DNA of 62,922 nucleotides, the filler included, from Chrysochromulina tobinii (taxonomy: Eukaryota): NCBI GenBank assembly GCA_001275005.1. It is 8 parts of 8 records of this genome, joined end to end, with 100 filler letters (N's around TTAATTAATTAA, not from the genome) between each part and the next. Parts side by side here need not be neighbours in the genome. Positions count along the whole stretch, not along the records: positions 43,250 to 49,162 come from JWZX01000260.1; positions 49,263 to 54,780 come from JWZX01000261.1; positions 54,881 to 60,704 come from JWZX01000262.1; 5 more parts are not named here. The stretch is one strand, 5' to 3'. The position numbers and the translations under genes were made by a program. How positions within the stretch are numbered: position 1 is the first letter of the stretch; the number at the start of each line of letters is the position of its first letter. Below, piece after piece: positions 44,911 through 58,347 of the stretch. Below the pieces are notes generated by a model, which was given only the letters and a program-made list of their open reading frames with translations, was not told the DNA's origin and ran no database searches.

Positions 44911-45910
44911 GGTGTGGCCGACACAGCCCGTGCATCCTTGCATACCATCGCGCGGCTACCGGGTCTACCGGTATCTCGGCAGCCGTTTTCGCGGACGCAA
45001 CTACCATACTCCTCGCTCTGCTCCCGCCATGAGCTTCAAGCTCACCATGGGCATGTCGCCCTGGTTCTAAACCGCCCCCGCGCGGCACCCGCCATGGTGT
45101 GAATGTGTGTTGTGTGACTTCTAACACACGGAGACACAGTTCCTCTCAGCTGTTAATAGTATGCCCGTTACCAGCTGTCCGTCAGAAAGGCTCCTCGATG
45201 GTGGGTGGCGGACATTCGCGCGGACCCGTTTCGCCGGAGGACGCTGCCTTGGGTGGTTTGTCGAAGTGAACGGCCCGCGCGAGCTCCCTCGTGAATTCAC
45301 GCCTCAGAGCACCCCATAGTACAGGACTTCTTGTTGCTTCCAGCTTGTGTCGCCCGCCTTCAACAGCATGTAGGCAACATGAAATTCACTTTCAATCGGT
45401 TTCCATTTCGCGAACGGCTGGAAACGGCTTTCACGGATCTTTCACGCGTCAAGCCGCTACGTGCAGCTGTACTTGTACAACAACTTATACCGCCTCTTGC
45501 AGGCCGCGATGCTTCTTGCAGACCAAGCAATTTCAACCGAAGTTGACGGTCCTCTACCTTGCGCGCGACGCGAGGTGCATCTGCATTACGTTCGACGGCT
45601 GGCCACGGTTTGCATGGCCTACGCAAATCCGGACGCAAATGTTCCCAGTGGTCATGCGCGCTCGAGCAGCACTTGGAAGGAGGGATGGAATGAACTTGCG
45701 GGGGGGCGAGTCTGCGGCATCTCAGGCCTGCCGACGAGGAGGACGTCACCGCCGCCCTCGACGCCGCTGCCGATCCCCCGCAACAGCGCCGACGCATGGA
45801 CGGCGCAGCACGCGTGTCCCTGCGACTCAGCTGTGTGCACCTGCTCCAAAAGCCACACCGGGTCCGTCGACCGCTTTGCTGCCGGCGACCAGCGATTGGA
45901 GTGGCCCGAG

Positions 45911-48900
45911 ATGCGACGAGGCGCCGTCAACAGTTGGGGCAAGCGTCTTATGAGTGTGCTGGCGTTCCTTGTCGCCCCCCTCCTCGCTCTCAGCTCGGGC
46001 AAGTTGCGCACAGCCCGGCGGCACCTCCTCCTGCTCCTTTGGGGCCTCTGGCTTCCGCCAGCCTATGCAGCGCCGCCACCACCGCCTTCTGTCGGCACCG
46101 CCAATGTTTGGCGGCTGGCTGGGAGTGGGTGCACCGATGCCAATGAGCTCGGAGTGTTTTCCGGCCGTACGTTGTCGGCGTGCGCCGCACAATGTCTAGC
46201 CCTCACGAACTGCATCTCCTTCGAGTTCAAAGCGGCGTCTGACACCCCCAGCAAGTGCCAACTCTCGTCCTCGTGCAATACGCAGCACGCACGCTACAAC
46301 CCGATCCAAACCGATTGGTCGCTGTTCATTCGAGGCACGAGTACCTTCGAGGCGCCCAACTACAGCAGGATCTCAACGGGGGGATGCGCCGGCGCCAACG
46401 AGCTCGGGGACTATGCAGTGACTGACACTCTTGCGACGTGTGCCGCCCGGTGCGACGCCCTTCAGGAGCCCCCCGCTCCAGGAGCACTTTGCACCAATAC
46501 GTGCAACTACGACTCAGACGCCGCGTGCGACGACGGCGGTCCGGGTGCCGAGTACACATGGTGCTCCGGCGGTACCGACTGCGCCGACTGCGGTCCTCGC
46601 CTTCCAGAAGCATGCACCGACACTTGCAACTATGACTCCGACGCCACGTGCGACGACGGCGGCCCAGGTGCCGAGAATGATTCGTGCTCCCGCGGTACCG
46701 ACTGCGCCGACTGCGGTCCTCGCCAGCCGGTAGATTCCATAGGTCAGCCCTGCACCGAGACTTGCAACTATGCCTCCGACGCAGAGTGTGACGACGGCGG
46801 TCCGGGTGCCGAGTATACATGGTGCTCCGGCGGTACCGACTGCGCCGACTGCGGTCCCCGCCAGCCGAATGTCTGCACCAATACTTGCTACTCTGCCTCC
46901 GACGCAGAGTGTGACGACGGCGGCCCGGGTGCCGAGTACACATGGTGCTCCGGCGGTACCGACTGCGCCGACTGCGGTCCCCGCCCGGCGTGCATCTCCT
47001 TTCAGTTTCGTCCGAGCGATGGCATGTGCCAACTGTCGAGCTCGTGCGCGTCGGGCTACGTATTGGGTGGTACCTTCGATCTCTACATCTGGCAGCCACC
47101 AGAGCCACCAGGCTCCTCGACGGATGTTTGCGAGGTGTGCTCGGACCGTCCCAGTGACGAGATGGCGGCGTGCAACCCGACGCAATGGTGCAGCGCCGTG
47201 ACGACAGCATGCTCCGCGGCCGGCTTCCTGGGCACCAACTGGCAGTCACAGAGGTGCAAGAGCTCATCGTGGGCGAGCCAGTCGCCACCAGTTTGCGAGT
47301 TTTCATGCTCCGTGGCTGGGTACGGCTACCCGGGGATCCCGTGCTGCCCGAATACGGTGCAGCCCTGGTCCGGGACCGCAACCGCAGCCCAGATCGCTGC
47401 CAGCGCTAGTACGACGATCTGCGGCAAAAGCGACCAAATGAGCATGGCCTGGGTAACCGGCACCGCCGGTGATGTAAAGACCTTTACGGGCAAGGACACC
47501 TGGGAGACCTGCTGCAATCTGTGCAGGTCGTACGGTAGCGACAGCGACGGCGGCCTGACGCATTGCTGCGGCTGGGCTTTCACATTGGGATGGCCTTCGA
47601 GCAATCAACCGAGTGCCAATGAGTGCAAGTTATATATTCGAACTTCCACGACGTCAGACTGCCGACTCATTGACAGCACACTGCAACAACCTGCTCGACA
47701 AATGTCCGGCCGACTGTCGAACATTCCATCGCAGTCGACGCCGTCGATGACGATGCCGCCTCCGCCTCCGCCTCCGCCCTCGCCGCCTCCGCCCTCGCCA
47801 CCGCTCGCCTTGATGACATGCAACGATGGGCAACTCCGCTTCGACTGCCACCCTGAGCCAGACACCGGACGGATTGAGGCCACGTGCCGGGAAAGAGGCT
47901 GCTGCTGGGTGCCTCCGCCCACGGGTTCCGCCCCAACCCCATGGTGCTTCCACCTTCGCGCACCGCCGATGCAACCACCTCCGCCGGCGCCTCCGTGCAT
48001 CGTCGCCGGCACATACACCTTCACCGGGAACGCAGACTCCTACTTGACGGCCACTTCGCGCACCGGAATCGTCGGCGGGGGGCTTGGCTTCTCGCTCTGC
48101 GCGTGGGTCTACCGCACGCGGACAGGCTCTTCGTGGGAGCGCATCATCGACGTTGGCAGCGGAACATCTGTAGACAACATTCTTGTGGCATTCATAGGAG
48201 ACAATGGCGGTGGGTCAATGCTGTACCGTGTTTATCATATGGATACCGCTTCGAATCTCTATGCAAGCCCAGCATCATTCACCCCAAACGTGTGGACTCA
48301 CGTCGCGGTGGTGCAGTCGCGTGCGAGCCTCACCGACACCTACGGGCCCGCCCAGATCTACTGGAACGGCGTGAGCGTCGCGACGACGGCGTCGATGCGC
48401 TTCCCGCTGCCGGTGAGCCGCTCCAACCTGTACGTGGGCAAGAGCGCTTGGTCTATCGACCCGATGTTCACGGGCCAGATGAAGGACCTGCTGGTGTGGG
48501 ACGTCGCCCTCAGCCAGGCGGAGCTGGATGCCGTGCGGCTCGGCGGCGGCCTGCCGGGCACGACAGCGCCGCTCATCTCGAGTATGCGCACGTGGTGCGG
48601 GGCAGCGCCGCCACCATCGCCCCCGTCGCTGCCGCCGGCCCCTCCCCTGGCCAGCATGCCAGCGATCCCACGTCTGAGTGCCAGCATGAGCTCCACCTAT
48701 CCCTTTAGTCCCGCCTCACTCTGCATCAATGACCAGACCTCAGATTATTGCCACACAAACGATGAGGCCAATCCGTGGTTGTCGATTCAGATCTCAGGCC
48801 AACAAGCTGTGCGGCTTGTGTGGATCATGAATCGTGGTTATGTCTTAGGTGACTGCTGTGGGGGTCGCCTGTCGCCCTTCCAAATATGGGTCGGTGCATC

Positions 48901-49162
48901 GCCAGGAGACTACAACTCGGCTACATCGCAAGCGTGCGTCGTGGGTAATCAGACAGTCCCAGCCACGGCCGGACCGTTCGCATTCGACTGCCAGAGGGAT
49001 CTCAGTGGAACCCATGTGACCATCGTGCTGCCAGGGACATGGCGTCTCCTCAACCTTGCCGAAGTGCGCATCTTTTCTTCTCCACCGCCGCCGCCTTCAC
49101 CACCACCATATCCGCCAAACTCGGCACCACTACCTCCGCCACCCTCGCCACCACCGCCGTTG
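45911..49162 (+). CDS. Secreted multidomain lectin-like protein: PAN/apple domains, 4 Cys-rich DDGGPG repeats, trefoil (P-type), LamG/ConA-like, F-type lectin; 3'-partial
   Basis: Hydrophobic N-terminus; PAN CAAQC...CISFEF..CQLSSSC; CxxTCxxxSDxxCDDGGPGAE..CxxGTDCADCGPR x4; trefoil RFDC..TCRERGCCW..PWCF; LamG FSLCAWV..WTHVAV..LYVGKS..FTGQMKDLLVWDVALS; F-lectin CHT..NPWLSI..NR..DCCGGRL..LNLAEVRIF. Confidence 0.85.
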
Positions 49163-49262
49163 NNNNNNNNNNNNNNNNNNNNNNNNNNNNNNNNNNNNNN
49201 NNNNNNTTAATTAATTAANNNNNNNNNNNNNNNNNNNNNNNNNNNNNNNNNNNNNNNNNNNN
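49163..49262. other. Artificial contig spacer
   Basis: N44-TTAATTAATTAA-N44. Confidence 0.97.
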
Positions 49263-49451
49263 CCCTCGCCACCGCCGCCCTCATCGCCGACGCCATCGCC
49301 TGAGCCGTGCCCGCCGCCGCCGCCGTCGCCCTCCCCTCCGCCGTCCCCGCGTTCCCCCTTGCCTTTTGGTGTCCCGCCCTTACGACCATCGCCCTCGCTG
49401 CCTCCGCCCTCGCCCTCCCCACCGCCGCCGTCGCCCTCGCCGCCACCACGT

Positions 49452-49484
<33 letters not shown>

Positions 49485-50186
49485 CCCATGGCATTCGGCC
49501 CTGGCACCTTCTACAATTCCATCACCAACCAGTGCGAGTCGGCTATGGCGTTCGGCCCTGGCACCTTCTACAACTCCGCCGCCAATCAGTGTGACATTGC
49601 TGAGATTGCGTGCGGCCCAAGCAACGGCCGGCGCATGGCCACCGAGGTGCCACTCGAGATCGCCGATTCTGCCGATTTCGCCCAGCTCCTTGCCGACCAA
49701 GTGCTCGACGTGGTGAGCAGCTACCTCGAGAAGCATGCAGAGGTTGAAAAGCTCCGCTCACAACTCAAGCAGCTTTTTGGGCAGCCGAGCGTCGGCGTGT
49801 TTCCTTTGCCCATCCCTGCACCTTCCTGGGCAGCATTGTCGCCTGCACGCGAGCTGCATTCCAACCTCCGCCGCCTCCAGAGTGGCTTGAGCACGTGCCA
49901 GGCGGTGGCGCGACAGTCGTTCTGTCAGCCGCCCAGTGCGCCACCTTCACAATCGTCGCCCCCGCCGCCGACCTCGCCGCCGCCGACCTCGCCGCCGCCT
50001 TCGCCGCCGCCTTCGCCGCCGCCGCCTTCGCCGCCGCCGACCTCGCCGCCGCCGACCTCGCAGCCCGGCCGCCGCCCACGCCGCGGAGGCGAATGTGGAA
50101 TGAGCCCGCGGAGCGTGGTACCGGCCACGTCCTTGGTCCCGAGGTGTCACCAGGTATCGACAGTATCATCCTTAAGTCTCCTCTAG
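49263..50186 (+). CDS. C-terminal part of a polyproline-rich secreted protein with duplicated MAFGPGTFYNS..NQC motif (5'-partial)
   Basis: SPPP tracts; two near-identical motif copies at about 49488-49600. Confidence 0.55.
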
Positions 50187-50289
50187 TCTTCCCTGGCGCC
50201 CTGAGGCGCCCGCGGCGCCGTTTTCTTTTTTTTCTTTTCCACGCAACACTACGGAAAAAAAGCCGTAAAACCGCAGATGAAAACCACCC

Positions 50290-50811
50290 ATGCATGCCGA
50301 CGTCGAGCTCGACCCTCTCGAACATGCAATGAACTGCTTCGAGGAACATGGGCAGCCATCACCTGCTCCTGGTTTTCCTCAGCCACCTGCTCCTGATGAG
50401 TTTGGCGCGATACATGGTTGGTCCTGGATCGAAGCTCACAAACTTCCTCAGTGGGGCCAGGACTCAGATGATCTCGCTGCCATTGGGCAACCGGCAACAC
50501 TCTGCTACCCGGTGCTCGTGACGCCGGCCTTAAACTGTCGCGTGTGCGGCAAGCGCGAACACGTCAAGATGCTCCGGCATCATCCCGGAGGATGCGGGGC
50601 GTTTGAGTGTACGCATGGCATCGACATCGATTGGCGTTGGACTTGCTGTGGAAAGCACGAGAACTTTGCCGAGGTCAAGTCTTGCTCACCCACTGGTCAT
50701 CACAAGACCGGCTGCGTCACCGCGCCATACTGCATGGAATGCTTTGTCTGCCCGTGCTTCAGCCTCATCGCGTCGCGAAAGCGCCAGGTTGACGATATGT
50801 CAAAAACTTAG
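50290..50811 (+). CDS. Small Cys/His-rich putative zinc-binding protein (BTK/CHORD-like motif)
   Basis: CRVC..HHPG..WRWTCCG..GC..CMEC..C. Confidence 0.5.
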   Translation: MHADVELDPLEHAMNCFEEHGQPSPAPGFPQPPAPDEFGAIHGWSWIEAHKLPQWGQDSDDLAAIGQPATLCYPVLVTPALNCRVCGKREHVKMLRHHPGGCGAFECTHGIDIDWRWTCCGKHENFAEVKSCSPTGHHKTGCVTAPYCMECFVCPCFSLIASRKRQVDDMSKT

Positions 50812-51111
50812 AGCCCGTTGGCTCGGTCACCCAGCCATCCAACGCGAATGTGATCCCGGTGCTTAGGGCATGCGCGTTGTGTTGAACAACACTTCGCGCT
50901 CCTATCGGATTACTCAATAGTGGAGAGGCGGTTGCCTCGCCCCCAACCTACCGTGCCGATTAACGGCCAGTGTGTAGCAAGCATGTGTCGGCCACCTCCG
51001 TCCATAGCGATAGAGGCCCTTGTGCTAGGGAGGGAGTGTGCTAGAAGTCACACATATACACATTCACATTCACACGCCGTCGTGTGTTTCACAGTCGTCA
51101 GCGCGCTTCAG

Positions 51112-53982
51112 ATGCCGTCCGCGGCGGTGAAAGCCTTCAATGCCGCAGTCGCGCACCGCGAGGCGGGAGACTTTTCTACGAGCGCACAGGCGTACCAGTC
51201 GGCCATCGCGATGGAGCCGCGCATGGCCGAGGCGTATCTCAACGTGGCCTTCGTGCTATCGGAGCTTCGCCGCTTCGATGAGGCGGAGCACGCCTATCGG
51301 CATGCGCTGGGTGTCCGCAAGTGGCCGGCTCAGACAGCCGCGACCGCGAGCCATAACCTGGGCGTGCTACTCGACAGCCTCGGCCGCTCATCAGAAGCGA
51401 CGGCTGCCTACAAGCAGGCGCTCAAGTATAAGCCAGACTTTGGACCTTCGCTCGAGATCCTCGAGGACACCACGGCAAATGCCATCGAAGCCGGCGAACC
51501 GCCAACCTTCGTTGCACTTATCAACGCAGGCAATGAGGCCTTTGAGCGCGGCGCGCACTCCGACGCCGAGCGGCACTACCGACTCGCAGTGCCGCTACGA
51601 GATGCGCGCAGGGAAGGAGCGGCGTATGTTGGGCTTGGCGCCGCGTTACACGGCGGCGGCCGGCTGCAGGAAGCGAAGCACGTGCTGATGGCGGGCGCCA
51701 AGCTCAATCCGAGCAGCCCGGGCATGCTGTCCAACCTGGCGACGGTCCGCAGCGATCTCGGCGAGTGGAAGGGCGCTGCGGGCACGTGGCGGCGCGCGCT
51801 CGCCCTCACACCGTCCGACGCCGGCCGTTACTCTTCGGCAGCCGCATCGCTGCAGCGTGGCACGCGGCCGGCGGACGCGATCCCGTTCCTGCGCAGCGCG
51901 GCCGCGCTCGACCCCACCAACTGGCAGCGGCACTATGCGCTTGCGCACGCGTGCCTCAAAATGGCGTTCCTGACCGGCGCCACTGTGGGCGCTGGCGCCG
52001 CCGCTACCCTCGACGCCACTCCCGATGCAGAGTACGCTGCCGAGGCGTTCGAAGCCCTTCGGCCGCTGCACCGGCCGCCCATCTCGCTACGCATGCGCGC
52101 CGAGTCGGGCGCCGAACCGCCGTGGACGCGCTATGATGGGCGCGGGCTGGTTGGCGATGAGCCGCCGCCGTTGGATAGCGCGGCGCTGGGGCGAGCGCAG
52201 TCGACGCGCCGAGCGGAGGCGGCGCGTGCGGGGCGGCAGAAGGGTGTCATCGTGTACAAGCTTGGCCCCAAGAGCAGCGAGCTCGATAACCTGCGCCTCT
52301 CCCTTCGGCTGCTCACGCGATACCACAACCGAAAGTTTCGATACCCCGTGTTGGTCGCGTTCGATTTGGAGGCGGTGGCCAGTCTGAGCGAGAGCGTGCG
52401 CGCCGAGATGAGGCAGCTCGCGCAGGGCGCGCCGCTCAGCTTCGAGCAGCTCGACGCGCACACGCTGCCCTCATGGCTGCCGGCGCGCAGCGTGCCCGAG
52501 AAGGTGCTCGGATTCCCAGTCGCATACCGGCACATGATCCGGTGGAAGGCTGGCCTCATGTGGCGCATGGCGTCGCTCGAGCAGTACGAATACATTTGGC
52601 TCCTCGATACGGACGCCTTTCTGCTCGGCCCGCTCACGTACGACGTCTTCGGGCTGATGGCCGCTCGCAACGCGAGCTATGGATACGCCGATGTGCACGG
52701 CGAGGACCCTTCGATAGTAGGCGGGCTGTCCGAGTGTGTCTCCAAGTACGTGCGCGCGCGCCCTTCGCTCAACGTGGCCTCCACCATCTTCGGCCGCGGC
52801 TTCCGCACACGCCAGGGGAAGTGGGACGGCACCAAGTTCTACACCAACTTCCAGGTGGCGCGGCGCGACTTTGGCAACTTGGCGGGCTATCGCGACCTCT
52901 TCGACTTCATTGACCGTGACGGCGGCATCTACCGCCACCGGTGGGGTGCCGACCCGATCCTCTTCCAGGCTGATTGCCCCCCTCATCAGTCTGAGTGCCC
53001 CCCTCATCAGGTGGGGTGCCGACCCGATCCTCTTCCAGGCTGATTGCCCCCCTCATCAGTCTGATTGCCCCCCCTCATCAGGTGGGGTGCCGACCCAATC
53101 CTCTTCCTCGCCGTGACGCTCCTCCTCGACGAAGCTCAGGTCGTGCACTTTGATGACGTGCCGTACCTGCATCAGCACCTCGTCGCCAACTTGCCCGCGC
53201 GCCCGCCCGATGCCATCGAGGAAGCAGCCGCCGAGGACTGCGAGGCCGAGGAGGCCGAAGCCACCGATGCGGCAGCCGCAGCCGTTGCCGGCTCTTCCGG
53301 CTCTTCCGGGCCTACGCTGGCCGGGGCGCTCCTCTTCGTCTCTGACGCGGCGCATGCCGCCGCCGCCGTGGATAGCCTGCAGCGCCATCACACGCGCCAG
53401 CTTGCATCCCGGGCGCGCGAGCAGCCGCGCTGCCGCGGCCTCGTGGTGCAGCCGTGCGTGGCTGATGGCCTCGCACCCGAGGAGACGGCCACCATCACGT
53501 CCCATCTAAGGGCCATGCCAGAGGGTATGAGCGCCTTGCCGCTTCAGCGCTGCGCTGCCCTGGCTGGCCATCGCGCCGCTCACGCTACCGGCGGTGCGCC
53601 CGTGGCCCAAGGAATGCATGCGGCGCTCGTGGCGCTCGAGGCGCTCCCACACGAGAAGGCCGCCGAGGCCGAAGCGGCAGCCACCGTATTGCTTGTGGCG
53701 AGCTGGCTGAGGGCCGCTGCCATTCCGCGGGGGTTGCTGTCGACGCCCTTGCTTCTCCTCTGCGTGGACGACGCAGATCCACGAACGATGGCCGCCAGGC
53801 TCGGCGCACACGTCAGCATGGCTCACGTCATCAACGTTTGCGACGAGCCTGCGCTTGACGGCGGCAACAGTCCACTACCCTCGCTGCGCGTCGGCCCAGC
53901 CCATCCAGCGCTCTCAGCCGAGGCGGACGATTTGCTCGGCGCAGCTGCTGGATGCTTGCAAAACAACGCAACCAAAACGTAG
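51112..53982 (+). CDS. TPR-repeat protein fused to a GT15 (KRE2/MNT1-like) alpha-1,2-mannosyltransferase domain; intron 52941-53081
   Basis: Multiple TPRs (AEAYLNVA..AYRHAL; HNLGVLL..AYKQALKYKP). GT15 motifs YRHMIRW..G, YEYIWLLDTD, FYTNFQV..YRDLFDFIDRDGGIYRHRWGADPI parallel Kre2 YRHMCR and FWSNFEI..GGFFYERWGDAPV. Confidence 0.85.
52941..53081 (+). repeat. Intron made of two tandem 70/71-nt units, each = copy of the first 26 nt of the next exon + ctgattgcccccctcatcag acceptor modules
   Basis: gtggggtgccgaccc(g/a)atcctcttcc at 52941, 53011 and 53082; removing 52941-53081 restores R-W-G-A-D-P-I-L-F-L. Confidence 0.85.
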
Positions 53983-54780
53983 TGATTTGGTGTGCGGGGC
54001 CTTCGCACGCACGCGGGCAGCAGCTGGGTGCCGGGCGCCCCCACAGCCGCCCATGCGCGCGGCGCGCGCCTAGTGAACGCCTAGTGTGGTAATATGTTGA
54101 CAAAGATATCACGATCCACGTCGCCATAGACGCGCTAGCCTTGGTTTCATGCGCCGAATGCATGCAGGAAAAACGCACATGATACTGTCCAAATCTGGAA
54201 TTTCGATAATCGGCCGCGGCCTTGCTGCTGGAACAGGATTCCAACTCGCGCCACCACGGCACGAGCGAAGCCGAGCGCGGAGAGCAGATACATAGCCATG
54301 GAGTTTGCAAGCCGCATTGATGGTCGAATCGTCCCGGGCCGCGCGTTGAGGAGCAGCACTAGACAAGCCGATCACCACCGTGCCATCAAGGCCAGTCCAC
54401 GCGCCGACGAAGTATTGGCTGGTGCCGCGGGCTCACCAGCAGGTAACCCGAGTAAATGCACCGTCCCAAGCTCCGCCCTGCGCACCACGCGCATCACGAC
54501 CCGTCTCCAAGTTGAACAAGCACCAGCCGGCCCCATCAACCCCGGAGTCTCGGACACGGTCGATGCTCTGGGCACGGATGCCAACATGCAGATCGACATT
54601 GAACAGGTGCTCAAGACGGTACGCGCCCGCCTCAAGGTCATGATGCAGATGCGCATCCTCAAGTGCAAGGAGCCCAAGAGGTGCTCCGAGGGCTTCGGCA
54701 AGCCGCTGGACGAGCGCATCCGCGGCATGTCGATACCCGAGCTCTCTGATCTGTGCGACCGCGGTACGGTGTTTGACCAG

Positions 54781-54880
54781 NNNNNNNNNNNNNNNNNNNN
54801 NNNNNNNNNNNNNNNNNNNNNNNNTTAATTAATTAANNNNNNNNNNNNNNNNNNNNNNNNNNNNNNNNNNNNNNNNNNNN
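54781..54880. other. Artificial contig spacer
   Basis: N44-TTAATTAATTAA-N44. Confidence 0.97.
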
Positions 54881-54918
54881 CGGCGACAGAGCGCGAGAAG
54901 GCGAACGCCATTTCGAAA

Positions 54919-58212
<3,294 letters not shown>

Positions 58213-58347
58213 TCAAGTGGAGGCAATCAGTGGAGGCCATCATCAGAGGCAATCAGAGGCCACAACAGCGAGATCGCACCTGCTCTCGATGAGGGAGGCA
58301 ATCAGTGGCAATCAGAGGCCATCAGCGAGATATCAGCGAGATCGCAC

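Noticed and set aside
49080..49490. Joining the lectin mosaic to the polyproline fragment on the next contig
   Set aside because: Both ends are polyproline, a common assembly breakpoint; the spacer gives no evidence of adjacency.
54298..54780. Partial ORF at contig end (MQIDIEQVLK...)
   Set aside because: Too short and without recognisable motif to assign.
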